From: a virus
DNA length: 64,000 nucleotides
Virus record (IMG/VR): IMGVR_UViG_3300042868_010462
Span: 64,001-128,000 of that record
Strand: one strand, 5' to 3'
Made by a program: the position numbers and the translations under genes. Of the stretch, positions 33,537-43,655 are shown in pieces (positions within the stretch are counted from its first letter, which is position 1; every line of letters begins with the position of its first letter). Under the pieces are notes generated by a model. The model had not been told where the DNA came from and searched no databases. It was given only the letters and a program-made list of their open reading frames with translations.

Positions 33537-35252
33537 TTATTTTTTTCCAAAAATACTTGATAAAACATTTCCACCTTTACCTTCTAGGTATGGACAAACA
33601 ATTTTATCACCAATAAAGTTCTTAATTGATTGGAATATTTCACTTTCTTCACCTAATTCGAATAGAGTGTTTTCGATAAAACTTCCAACCATAGTTTTTC
33701 CACCAATACTTTTTGTCGCTTCAGCCGCAATAGTTTCCATTACACTTTTTGTGATTAAACCTGAAACAAATCTACAATCACTTAATTTAGGGAAGTCAGC
33801 TGGTGTTAGGTTTGTAATTGTTTTTAAAATTAAAGTACCCAAAGTTCCTTTAGGGTCGATACCCATTGTTTTTAGGATACCACCTGCTATAGTTTCAATA
33901 ACGGTTGACATTAAACCTCCACCTGCAGCACCCTTTAGACCTGATAAAAAGTCACCACCTTTTCCACTTGTAAAAAAATTAGTGAGGTTTGATAATAAAC
34001 CCATCTGTTCACTGATTATCATTTCATCAAACCCCTCGTTTCTCAATCTTACCATTTCACCCAATAAACAATCAGCTAATAGTTCAATATCCTTTCTATT
34101 CTTTACCTCAATACTTTCGAAAATGAATTCAATTCTTTTTCTTACTTCTCTTCCTTCAGTAATAAACTTCTTTGTTTTTTGAATTTTCAATCTTGTTAAA
34201 CTTTCTGATACTAGTGTAGAAAGTTCATCATTCTTTGATTCTTTAAGGCTATAATTTAATATATTACCTTGTCCACCTCTAATTTTTATTCGTTGCATAT
34301 ATTGTATTTTATCTTTAAGACCAGGAAAATTTATTGCAGTTGAACAATTTCTTACAATTGGTTTTATTTTGTCAATAGTGTTTTGGTTAATTGGAATTTC
34401 TTTTTGAATCAATTCGTAATAGGACAAAATTAGGTTTCTACAATCTTTTTTGTTAGCCCCTTTACCTAGTTTTTCTACCAATGATAAGGTTTTACTATAA
34501 ATCTGTTTAGGGGAAAAATCAGACATAGGCTTACAAAGTTTAGTACCTTTTTCAAAGTAATCAGGATACTTAATGTCGATGTCGATAATGTCGTCAGGTC
34601 CCTTTTCAGGTTCAGGTACTGAACAAATCTCGTACCCCGAAAACTCAGGAAGTGCTAAAATTCTTATTTGTTCATCTTCCATTTTTTTAATTCCAACCCC
34701 CTTCTTTTTAGTTTTCCACATATAGAATGGTCTATTAGAACTAACTAAATCATCCATATATTGTTGTAATCCTTTTACAACATTATAATACATACCACCA
34801 GGTTTTAAGTCTGGGTCTTTCGCAACATCAGTTATATCATAATTTAATATGCCATTACCTTGTACACTTGCAAATTGTTTCCAACCTAAACTATTTTCTA
34901 AAGCTGATAACAATTCTTGTTGAACTTTTGATGTCTCAGGATTTGTTCGTTCTAACAAAGCATAACAACTCCATTTTGAAGTTCTAGCTACTTTACCTGT
35001 TTTATCATTTGTTGTACGATATTCTAAAGTGTAATCTGGTTTGTAATAAACAAACTTGTTGTTCGCGTTTTCAGGTTTTTTACTCAAAGCCGAAATAACT
35101 AATTCATTTGTTTCTGGATGTTGAGTAATTACATATCCTTCAGGGAAACAATTCGCCGCGGCAGCTGCTCTCAAAACTGGGTTTTCTATAGCTTTGAACT
35201 TTTCTAAAGGTTCATCTTGTTTATATTGTTCGAAAATTTTATACTTATTCAT
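33537..35252 (-). CDS. Hypothetical protein, possible virion/ejected protein
   Basis: 571-aa ORF; TATTTAT upstream. Confidence 0.7.
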   Translation of the reverse strand: MNKYKIFEQYKQDEPLEKFKAIENPVLRAAAAANCFPEGYVITQHPETNELVISALSKKPENANNKFVYYKPDYTLEYRTTNDKTGKVARTSKWSCYALLERTNPETSKVQQELLSALENSLGWKQFASVQGNGILNYDITDVAKDPDLKPGGMYYNVVKGLQQYMDDLVSSNRPFYMWKTKKKGVGIKKMEDEQIRILALPEFSGYEICSVPEPEKGPDDIIDIDIKYPDYFEKGTKLCKPMSDFSPKQIYSKTLSLVEKLGKGANKKDCRNLILSYYELIQKEIPINQNTIDKIKPIVRNCSTAINFPGLKDKIQYMQRIKIRGGQGNILNYSLKESKNDELSTLVSESLTRLKIQKTKKFITEGREVRKRIEFIFESIEVKNRKDIELLADCLLGEMVRLRNEGFDEMIISEQMGLLSNLTNFFTSGKGGDFLSGLKGAAGGGLMSTVIETIAGGILKTMGIDPKGTLGTLILKTITNLTPADFPKLSDCRFVSGLITKSVMETIAAEATKSIGGKTMVGSFIENTLFELGEESEIFQSIKNFIGDKIVCPYLEGKGGNVLSSIFGKK

Positions 35253-35273
35253 ATCCTAATTTAACTATAAATA

Positions 35274-36812
35274 TTATATGTCTTTTGCAAATCCTGCTGT
35301 AGGTAATGCAGAACCTTCAGGTGCAGCACCACAATCTTTCATAATTTTATCATATACTGATGTTGTAAGGATTTCACCATAACCCTTTTCCACCATTTTT
35401 TCTTTTAATGTTGGTGTAAACTTACCATCAATTGTGACTTCCAAACAACTTTGGACTCTCTTTATTTTATCATTAATACAACCAACTTCAAATGGGAAAT
35501 CATCACATTTATTATACATAATTTGTTTTTTCAGTCCATCAGGTCCTAACAGAGCACCAAATAAACCTAATGATTTTTTTTCAGATTCACCAGATTTAAC
35601 TTTTCCATCTGGTGTACAAGAATATGATGAAACCTCCTCAGTTTTGGGGTCAATTTTTTTACCATTATCAAACCACACAAAACCACCACCTTCATAAACT
35701 ATAGTACCATCACTTGTTTTCTTTTGTTTTACATTCTTAGACAACGCAACACAAGGATATTTTTTCCAACTTTCAGGCACGTCTTTAAGTAATTCAGTAG
35801 CTGACTTAGATTTTTCAGATTTCTTAGTTTCTTTATTAGCGGCCTTTTGTCCCGCTGAAATATCTGAACTTATTTTAGTAAGACCATTATACGCATATTT
35901 TGCCATATCACCTAACCATTTTATACCTAACTTACTTGAAAAGTAAGCTACACTTTCACCAATATAAGTTGCTAATTTTCCAATACCTTTAGAAATTGTT
36001 TGGATTACTTTTCCAAATGTGCCCTTCCCGGCCAACGTTCCTAATCCATAAAAGTTAGTCAAACCTTTTGTATATGCTCCTAAACCTTTAGCTAAAGCTG
36101 GTGCCAATAATGATACAATATCAACTATGATATCTGAAATACTCCATTTTTTTCCAGACATCATTTTATAGATATCATAAATTAATAACGCTCCAAAAAT
36201 TATTACGTTAGGGATTGTTCCTATTACAGGGATGAATGATACACCAGTCAAAACAGCTACCCCCAAAAATGAGGTTGCGATTGTTCTTAAACCTTCCATA
36301 AAACAATCAATATATCCACTACCTTTAGCACAAGTAAATGCTTTTGAAATCGTAGATTTTATATTATCCCAACCCCATTGTAACCAAGTTCTTTCTAATA
36401 TTAGTGAGTCAATCAACCTTTCAGCATATAAAGTATTTAAACCTTTCCAACTATTTTCAAAAACTTTTCTTAAATCAGTTCTATCTGAACTTTCATTGAT
36501 AAACAAAAGATTTTTTCCATATTTATTTTCCCACTCATTAATCACAGAAATTTGATTTTTGATACTCCCAATATTCATTGATTCATATAGGAACTTTCTT
36601 GCGGAATAAATATAATCATTCTCATTTATCAATCCCATATCAAATTTAACTTGGAGATTTTCCTTTAAAATATCGAGACCTAATTTTAGATTCTGAGAGT
36701 TATATTCGAGGATATTTTCATTTTCATCTAATGAAATTTTTACAATACCTTTATCAGTGAAAAAATATTGTAAATCATATGTTATACTTTGTATTTTTAA
36801 TTCCGTATTCAT
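35274..36812 (-). CDS. Hypothetical protein with hydrophobic helices and C-terminal PG-binding-like segment
   Basis: IKRVQSCLEVTIDGKFTP near the C-terminus. Confidence 0.65.
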   Translation of the reverse strand: MNTELKIQSITYDLQYFFTDKGIVKISLDENENILEYNSQNLKLGLDILKENLQVKFDMGLINENDYIYSARKFLYESMNIGSIKNQISVINEWENKYGKNLLFINESSDRTDLRKVFENSWKGLNTLYAERLIDSLILERTWLQWGWDNIKSTISKAFTCAKGSGYIDCFMEGLRTIATSFLGVAVLTGVSFIPVIGTIPNVIIFGALLIYDIYKMMSGKKWSISDIIVDIVSLLAPALAKGLGAYTKGLTNFYGLGTLAGKGTFGKVIQTISKGIGKLATYIGESVAYFSSKLGIKWLGDMAKYAYNGLTKISSDISAGQKAANKETKKSEKSKSATELLKDVPESWKKYPCVALSKNVKQKKTSDGTIVYEGGGFVWFDNGKKIDPKTEEVSSYSCTPDGKVKSGESEKKSLGLFGALLGPDGLKKQIMYNKCDDFPFEVGCINDKIKRVQSCLEVTIDGKFTPTLKEKMVEKGYGEILTTSVYDKIMKDCGAAPEGSALPTAGFAKDI

Positions 36813-36815
36813 TGT

Positions 36816-37061
36816 CTAAAGTAGTGTATTTGCTTTACCTCTCGTTATTTTATAGACATCTCTCCATTTAGTTAAACCAATGGGATTTGCTAAACCCCTT
36901 GTTGCGCCTGATTCCCACTTAGTAACGGTTGGGTATTTTGTACCTCCACCAGTACCACCTCCACCTGCTGGTGCGTCTTGTTCATCAATTTCACCATCAT
37001 TTTTTTTGGTTGTGTATCTTTTCATCAAAGAAATAAGAGTATCTATTTCGTATTGTCCCAT
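36816..37061 (-). CDS. Hypothetical protein
   Basis: Two TKW...TRG.AN repeats. Confidence 0.65.
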   Translation of the reverse strand: MGQYEIDTLISLMKRYTTKKNDGEIDEQDAPAGGGGTGGGTKYPTVTKWESGATRGLANPIGLTKWRDVYKITRGKANTLL

Positions 37062-37369
37062 TAAAAAATTTCAGGTTTAGGTAATTTATCTATAAATAGA
37101 ACGAAATATTCATTTAGGAATGAAAGGATTTCATTTTCATCAACAAATAAGTCATCATCCTCAAAATCTTCATAATATTCATCATTATCTTCTTCAAATA
37201 ATTCATCAGGTATATCATTATGAAATTTATAACCAAAATCAGAAATGTCGATAAATGGTATTTTTGTCTCTCTACACATTTCTTCAGAATCAGTGTTAGT
37301 TCTAAAAGTAACTTCTAATACTTCTTCCAAATTATTCAGATGAAATGTTATTACTTCTACAATTTCCAT
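37061..37369 (-). CDS. Acidic hypothetical protein
   Basis: ORF in operon. Confidence 0.65.
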   Translation of the reverse strand: MEIVEVITFHLNNLEEVLEVTFRTNTDSEEMCRETKIPFIDISDFGYKFHNDIPDELFEEDNDEYYEDFEDDDLFVDENEILSFLNEYFVLFIDKLPKPEIF

Positions 37370-37370
37370 T

Positions 37371-37907
37371 TTAGTAATTTTTAAATTTTTTAAACATTTC
37401 TAATGTTTTGTTGACTTGCTCTTGTAATGGTTCAACCATCTCCTCATCTAAATTTTCGTCAAAACCCAATACTGAAATTTTACTGAATGATGGTTCATCA
37501 TCTTCATCATCAAAATGTAATTCATATGTAACCTCGTCATCTTCATCATCAAATGTTCCGTGTTCCATATCAGAACTACTATCACCAATCATATCTCTAC
37601 CATCAAAACCAACATATTCTGACTCAAATTCATCATCAGGGCCACCAAAATCAAATGAAATATCAGGTAAGTATTTTGCACCTGTCATTGCATCAGATTC
37701 GTTGATATTCATATTTGTATATGTTTTGACAACACCCTTGTTACTTACAGTAAGACCTTGTTTGTCATTTGCAAAATCTTGGACATATAATGGTTGTTGA
37801 TTTATTTGTTGTCCATATGTGGTCACGAAACCATCATAAACCTTTCTGTGTTGGTCTAAAATATCATTTCGTTCTGCTTGGTTCATTTTGAAAAAATAAG
37901 CGTTCAT
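37371..37907 (-). CDS. Acidic hypothetical protein
   Basis: ORF in operon. Confidence 0.7.
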   Translation of the reverse strand: MNAYFFKMNQAERNDILDQHRKVYDGFVTTYGQQINQQPLYVQDFANDKQGLTVSNKGVVKTYTNMNINESDAMTGAKYLPDISFDFGGPDDEFESEYVGFDGRDMIGDSSSDMEHGTFDDEDDEVTYELHFDDEDDEPSFSKISVLGFDENLDEEMVEPLQEQVNKTLEMFKKFKNY

Positions 37908-37910
37908 ATT

Positions 37911-39377
37911 TTAAATTTTATTAAGTTGATTTTGTATTTCCTGAGAATTAGGAATATTTTTTGTTTTTAGTAATTCAGCTATTTTTTTCGCTGTCAATCT
38001 ATCCATTTTACCAATTGAGGTTGTTAATCCATTATCTGTTTGGAATTTTTTTAATTGTTCTTGTGTTTCAGCACCAAATTTTCCATCCGCACCAAATCTA
38101 GCTAACTTATATCCTAACAATTGTAACCCATCTTGGAATGTTTTTACATTCCCTTGAATAGTGTAAGCACCAGTATCACCTTCAAATTCAGCAACCTCTT
38201 CACCCATAAATGCTAATGATTCTGCAGATGTTTGGTCAGGGTTAGCATCAGGTATACTATTTAGTATATCATAATTTATATCACTACCATCACTATTTAA
38301 CAAATCAGCAGTTCTTTTGACAAAAAATGGAACTGCAACAGAATACCCTCTTCTACTCCAAGGTGCTCCAATGGCATCTTTCGTAAATTTCTCGATAGAC
38401 ATTTCTGCGGGTATTTTTTCACCATTTTTTGAAATATAAGTAACAAGTACTTTAGAATCGGTGACATTATCAATCATTATTTTGTCCGTTTTGAAGGCAG
38501 CACCTTTTAAACGATAAGTTTTACCAGGAACAAACCCCAACTTCCTCAAAAAAAGAGGACCACTTTTTATTTTTGGTAATTTTTTAAAGAAGTTTTGCAA
38601 CCTAACTTTAAGTTGTTTACTTAATGTTAGTTGTCCTAGTTCTTTTGCTGTTGTTTTCAACAAACCAGGTTTTTTAACAACATCATCGGCAGTGGCTTTA
38701 ACTCCAGGTGTTTTTGTACCTTTAGCTTTTGCCAAAACACCATCAAAAATAGTTTTTACTCTATCGTAAAATTTTTGAATATACTTGGATATATTATCTC
38801 CATGTTTACCTAAAATATTTCTAGCTAACTTTGATTGTAATGCTTTTTGAAGTAAATTTTTTATACCACCAAGAATTGTTCCTAAATTTTTTCCAATAAT
38901 TTCTAACGCGCCCAAAACAGCCTTTGAAGCAAATCCTCTACCTGTTTTTATTGCATTTTTTAAAACTGGGGCAACAGCTTGTAGTGGACCGGGTAATATT
39001 ACAAAAGCAAAAGTTATTGCTGCCATAGTGTATAGTGAATCTCTCTCCTCAGCAGGTTTAAATTGAGCTTCTATAATGTAACTGAGGGCATTCAAAGCAT
39101 CTACGATAGCTCCTGAACCGGGAATTACGAAGTCCATTCCAGCAGACAATAAATCAGCCCCTGTATGAAGAATATCACTGATACTCCAACCTTCCATAAT
39201 TGGAACTTCTTCACCTGTTTGACAAGAATATATTTTGTTTTCATACATAATATATTTTCCATCAGGTGTGTACTTACACTCTAACAATTTTTGTAAAGGT
39301 CTTACCTCATCCTTTACGATACCATATAAATTTAAAATATGACTTCTATCTGATTCAGAAATTATAAACTTTTGCAT
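37911..39377 (-). CDS. IISES-leader protein with C-terminal peptidoglycan-binding domain
   Basis: VKTFQDGLQLLGY....GADGKFGAETQEQLKKFQTDNGL. Confidence 0.75.
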   Translation of the reverse strand: MQKFIISESDRSHILNLYGIVKDEVRPLQKLLECKYTPDGKYIMYENKIYSCQTGEEVPIMEGWSISDILHTGADLLSAGMDFVIPGSGAIVDALNALSYIIEAQFKPAEERDSLYTMAAITFAFVILPGPLQAVAPVLKNAIKTGRGFASKAVLGALEIIGKNLGTILGGIKNLLQKALQSKLARNILGKHGDNISKYIQKFYDRVKTIFDGVLAKAKGTKTPGVKATADDVVKKPGLLKTTAKELGQLTLSKQLKVRLQNFFKKLPKIKSGPLFLRKLGFVPGKTYRLKGAAFKTDKIMIDNVTDSKVLVTYISKNGEKIPAEMSIEKFTKDAIGAPWSRRGYSVAVPFFVKRTADLLNSDGSDINYDILNSIPDANPDQTSAESLAFMGEEVAEFEGDTGAYTIQGNVKTFQDGLQLLGYKLARFGADGKFGAETQEQLKKFQTDNGLTTSIGKMDRLTAKKIAELLKTKNIPNSQEIQNQLNKI

Positions 39378-39418
39378 ATTGTTTTTTTTTAATAAATACT
39401 ATAAACTATTTTGTTTAA

Positions 39419-39715
39419 TCAAATGTTATCCAATAATTGTTTTTTTGTTATGGTATAACTTTCTTCTATTTTTTTCTTTTTCTTTTTTTTGTTAAAATCT
39501 TTTTCATACATCCACTTATCAGCATCTTCTAATAAATTATAAGTTCTGCCATTATCCCATTTGACATTATATTGTTTGTGTCCAAACACAACTACATATG
39601 GATTATTAAACTTATCTATAGGAACAACAACACCTCCTTCGTAAGTCATATTTGGTTCACCTTCCATAGTTAGTAGAATAACTCTATCACCAACCTTTAA
39701 TTCTGGATTAATCAT
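39419..39715 (-). CDS. Hypothetical SH3-like protein
   Basis: LKVGDRVIL...VKWDNGR. Confidence 0.6.
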   Translation of the reverse strand: MINPELKVGDRVILLTMEGEPNMTYEGGVVVPIDKFNNPYVVVFGHKQYNVKWDNGRTYNLLEDADKWMYEKDFNKKKKKKKIEESYTITKKQLLDNI

Positions 39716-39758
39716 AATTTTAGTTTTGTATATAAATATTTATACAATATTTATTATT

Positions 39759-40382
39759 ATGAAAATTATAATCACCGAACAACAAAAAAGAATAATTATC
39801 ACTGAAAGTACTGGTGAGGAACTTGGTAATTTAATCAAACAAAATACTGAAAGGGTAAAAAAAATTGTAAATGAAGCTCAAGACCAAATTGGTATGAACT
39901 TACAATTTTTATTAACTTGGGGTGCTGGTATTGGTGGTTTTATGGGTCCTGTTGAAGATTTCGTAAGAGGAAAATATCCTGAGATTGATGAGAACGAGTT
40001 AGTTTTAATTTTGATTGGTATAATTGCAACATATTTTATAGACAACAAAAAAATTGTTACAAAAATCTATACAAAAATACAAGAGGATGGTTTGAGTGGG
40101 ATTTTTGATAGAATATTGAAAAAAACTGATACATTCACAAATACATTTATCAATTTTATTGATAGCTTGGGTTTAACTTTCCACAAAATAACAAATATGT
40201 TAAGCTATACTTTTATTATCCCAATATTACCTATGATATATCAAATGGTTGAAGATGGAAGTACTGAAAATGTGGATTTGAAACAATTAGCTATCAGAAT
40301 TATTAGTTTTACAGGTTTAACACTTTCAGGTATCATCTTCAAAGAATTATTATCCAAATTAGTTAAAAGATTCAAATCATAA
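39759..40382 (+). CDS. IIITEQQ-leader membrane protein
   Basis: Likely start MKIIITEQQ at 39759; several TM helices. Confidence 0.7.
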   Translation: MKIIITEQQKRIIITESTGEELGNLIKQNTERVKKIVNEAQDQIGMNLQFLLTWGAGIGGFMGPVEDFVRGKYPEIDENELVLILIGIIATYFIDNKKIVTKIYTKIQEDGLSGIFDRILKKTDTFTNTFINFIDSLGLTFHKITNMLSYTFIIPILPMIYQMVEDGSTENVDLKQLAIRIISFTGLTLSGIIFKELLSKLVKRFKS

Positions 40383-40434
40383 TATTTGAGTTTTCAAGAT
40401 TTATATTTTATCCTTAAATCAAAAAGGATAAATT

Positions 40435-41460
40435 ATGCAAAAATTCGACTTTAAGGACATTACACTAGTTCCTGAAACAATTTCCACAATATCATCAAGA
40501 AGTGAAATTAATATTTTCACACCAGAGGGGTCTCTCCCAATCATAGTTAGTCCAATGGACACTGTAGTTAACAAAGAAAATTACGAAATATTCCTAGATG
40601 AAAACCTTGAGGTATGTTTACCTAGAGGTGAAAGGCCATACTACGACAATACATTTTGGTCAATTTCTTTATCAGACTTTGAATTAATGATACATAAACA
40701 TAAAACTTATGGTACTATGGTTCATCAAAAAAGGATATTGGTTGATATTGCAAATGGTCATATGTCAAAACTATATGACTTGTGTAAGTATTTCACTGAA
40801 AATATGAAAAGTACAAACCAATTAATGATTGGAAATATTGCAAATCCTAATACATACGAGTTATTTGCCGAACTTGGTGTCGATTATATTAGAGTTGGTA
40901 TTGGTGGTGGTTCAGGATGTTTAACTTCAGCAAATACTGGTGTGCATTATCCAATGGCTTCTTTAATATCAGAGTGTTATAACATCAAAAAGAAAAGAGG
41001 TTATACAACAAATATTGTTGCTGATGGTGGATTTAGAAACTATGATGATATTATCAAAGCATTAGCCCTTGGTGCCGATTATGTGATGTTAGGTGGAGTA
41101 TTAAACAAAACATTGGAATCTTGTTCTCCTGTTTATTTAGGTAAACTCATTCCATTAAATGAAAATACCTCCAAATATGTTTGGAATAATTTCAAATTCC
41201 TTAGAAAGTTTATGTATAAGAAATTTAGAGGAATGAGTACAAAAGAAGTACAAAGAAAGTGGGGTAAAAATAAGTTGATTACATCTGAGGGTATTACGAA
41301 ATACAATAAGGTAGAATATACATTAGATAAATGGATTGAAAATCTTGTAGACTATCTAAAATCAGCAATGTCTTATACTAATTCAAAAACACTTGAGGAG
41401 CTCAAAGAAACCGAATATGTGTTTATAACAGAAAATGCTTTGAAAAGATTTAATAAGTAA
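40435..41460 (+). CDS. guaC: GMP reductase / IMPDH family
   Basis: SPMDTV, DIANGH, RVGIGGGSGCLT, ADGG, ALALGADYVMLG, FRGMS; no CBS domains. Confidence 0.8.
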   Translation: MQKFDFKDITLVPETISTISSRSEINIFTPEGSLPIIVSPMDTVVNKENYEIFLDENLEVCLPRGERPYYDNTFWSISLSDFELMIHKHKTYGTMVHQKRILVDIANGHMSKLYDLCKYFTENMKSTNQLMIGNIANPNTYELFAELGVDYIRVGIGGGSGCLTSANTGVHYPMASLISECYNIKKKRGYTTNIVADGGFRNYDDIIKALALGADYVMLGGVLNKTLESCSPVYLGKLIPLNENTSKYVWNNFKFLRKFMYKKFRGMSTKEVQRKWGKNKLITSEGITKYNKVEYTLDKWIENLVDYLKSAMSYTNSKTLEELKETEYVFITENALKRFNK

Positions 41461-41462
41461 TA

Positions 41463-41738
41463 TCAAACAAAGGTAATCAGGACTTTTAATTCTTGATTAC
41501 CTTTTATTACTCTATGATATACACCTTCAGGTATATAATACTTTTCACCAATAACTAATTTTTTAGGGAATTCGTTGTCCATTTGTAAAAACCAATCATC
41601 CCCATCCAATATTTCAACTAATCTATTTTCCCTATCACGATGCCATTTTAATTCCTCATCGTCAACATCAGGTGAAAATGTTCTTAATCGTTTATTACCA
41701 ATTATTTCTTGTTCGAAAGGTAGTTTTTCCATTACCAA
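41463..41738 (-). CDS. Cupin-like phage protein
   Basis: WHRD.ENR.VE...YHRVIKG. Confidence 0.6.
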   Translation of the reverse strand: MVMEKLPFEQEIIGNKRLRTFSPDVDDEELKWHRDRENRLVEILDGDDWFLQMDNEFPKKLVIGEKYYIPEGVYHRVIKGNQELKVLITFV

Positions 41739-42358
41739 CTAGCACTTGACTTTAAACCCAATTTTTTTGCGTGTCGACCAACATTACAACTCCAATAACC
41801 AGCAGTTGTTCTATCTTTCTTTTGGTCACACTTATGTCTTGCTCTAAATGATTTTGCTGCTTTTGGATTTCTATTTCTCACCTTTAGGTTGGGGTCACCA
41901 AATGTTACTTTCTTGATTGTTCCTTTTGGTGTTTTAACATATACCGCAAACTTTTTAGGTCCTCCTGGTGTTCTAAATGGTGAATTAAGTTTAACATTTT
42001 TTCCGTGATGTTTTGCTTCAAACAATAATTCTTCAACTTCCTCTTCATACATTGGAGCATCTAACCATACCTCATCCCCATTTTCTAATAAAACTTTTTT
42101 ACCTAAATCTGACTCAACCAACCAAGTGTCCTCTTCATTCAATTCTATTTTACCATCATAATATAAGTTTCTTACCTCATTAATTAACTTAAAATATTTC
42201 TCAGAGTATATTCTAAAAATATTTTCATTCAATGGAATCTTATTTTCCAAATGATATTTTAAATCCTCAGAAATCATACAATGTTCAGTCAATTTCATTA
42301 CCGGATTTAGTGATTCTCTTAGAACTTTCTTTATTAAGTTATCTAACTTGGTACTCAT
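41732..42358 (-). CDS. Phage protein with KKFAVYV...FGDP...SFRARHKC domain
   Basis: Basic C-terminal domain ending TAGYWSC. Confidence 0.7.
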   Translation of the reverse strand: MSTKLDNLIKKVLRESLNPVMKLTEHCMISEDLKYHLENKIPLNENIFRIYSEKYFKLINEVRNLYYDGKIELNEEDTWLVESDLGKKVLLENGDEVWLDAPMYEEEVEELLFEAKHHGKNVKLNSPFRTPGGPKKFAVYVKTPKGTIKKVTFGDPNLKVRNRNPKAAKSFRARHKCDQKKDRTTAGYWSCNVGRHAKKLGLKSSASW

Positions 42359-42422
42359 ATATTTTGTTTTTAAAATAAATATCCTTATATTAGTAATGAT
42401 ATTTTATAATCACAATTAATAA

Positions 42423-42653
42423 ATGACTATGTTACTAATTTTATTTTTAATCGTTCATACCTTTATAAGAATATACATTTTTGCTAAAGTATTTTATCTA
42501 ATGTGTATGACTTATTATTATCCCGAAACATATCCTATTTCATTATTAACTTGGTGGATTTATTTTTTAATTTTTGATATATGGATTGACCATTTATTGA
42601 ATAACAAAAAAATAGAAAAAGTAATAGAAAAAAAAGATGAGTCCATCGATTGA
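42423..42653 (+). CDS. Small membrane protein
   Basis: Two hydrophobic segments. Confidence 0.55.
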   Translation: MTMLLILFLIVHTFIRIYIFAKVFYLMCMTYYYPETYPISLLTWWIYFLIFDIWIDHLLNNKKIEKVIEKKDESID

Positions 42654-42703
42654 GGGATTTTTTTATTTTGTTAATCTTGTTATATTTATAAAGAAAAAAG
42701 TTT

Positions 42704-43231
42704 ATGAAAGGTTACAATATAAAAGAATCTAATATACGTAAAGTTATCCGACAAAAATTAATGGAACAAATGGAAACGTCTGAACCAAAGGAAGAAAAAA
42801 AAGTTAGATGTGTTCCTGAAAATATTATGCCATTGGAGGAAATTGTAGGAAATGCTGGAGAGTATGTAACATACGCACCTGGTGTTACAAAAAGAAAAAT
42901 GGGAGTTAATTCTATGGTAGATACTTTAGGTATTTTGAATAATTTAAGATTATTCAAAGACATCAAAGATGGTGGTTCTCACTTAGCTTACGATATGATG
43001 CACCATTTAAATAAGTTCAGAAACAAAAATTATTACGATGAAACAACAGGTGGTTGTAATAAAGCTATGGACAAAATTATTGAATTATACAAAGAAAACG
43101 AACACGGAACTGAACTTGTTAAAGATATTGAGAGAGTTTTAAATCTTCAAACTAAAGATGATGAATTAACTCCATCACCAAGAGCGAAAGAATACCTGAA
43201 AAGAGCTTTGGCTTTAGTTAAAGGTGAATAA
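42704..43231 (+). CDS. Hypothetical protein with IKES..LMEQ leader
   Basis: TATTTAT at 42683-42689. Confidence 0.7.
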   Translation: MKGYNIKESNIRKVIRQKLMEQMETSEPKEEKKVRCVPENIMPLEEIVGNAGEYVTYAPGVTKRKMGVNSMVDTLGILNNLRLFKDIKDGGSHLAYDMMHHLNKFRNKNYYDETTGGCNKAMDKIIELYKENEHGTELVKDIERVLNLQTKDDELTPSPRAKEYLKRALALVKGE

Positions 43232-43342
43232 TCTAACCTCTTAGGAGGACTATTAGGACCGTTTGCTGTTACGGCAACAAAAAAAGAGGACATCGCTACG
43301 TCCTCTTTTTCTTTTATATCCTATTTATTAAGAAAATTTACT

Positions 43343-43639
43343 ATGAAAAACAAACTATTTTTCGGATGGGAAAATATTAAATGGTTAATTAGAGAAGTTA
43401 CTAATATGTATTCATCTAAAGAATCATTTTTTTCCAAAAAAAGGATTGAGTCCGGAATCGCTTTCATCATTGCACAATGGGGAATGATTTTCTTTTTATT
43501 AGAAAAACATTCAGTTCTAACAATGACTGATTTGATTATGTGGGCAGGTGTTGAGTTTGCAATCTCAGGTTATATTATTCACCAAATCCAAAAAGAAAAG
43601 AAAACTGAAGAACAAAAAGAAGAAACCCCCAACGAATAG
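43343..43639 (+). CDS. Two-TM protein, holin-like candidate
   Basis: SKKR followed by two TM helices and a charged tail. Confidence 0.5.
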   Translation: MKNKLFFGWENIKWLIREVTNMYSSKESFFSKKRIESGIAFIIAQWGMIFFLLEKHSVLTMTDLIMWAGVEFAISGYIIHQIQKEKKTEEQKEETPNE

Positions 43640-43655
43640 TCAGGGGTTTTTTGTT

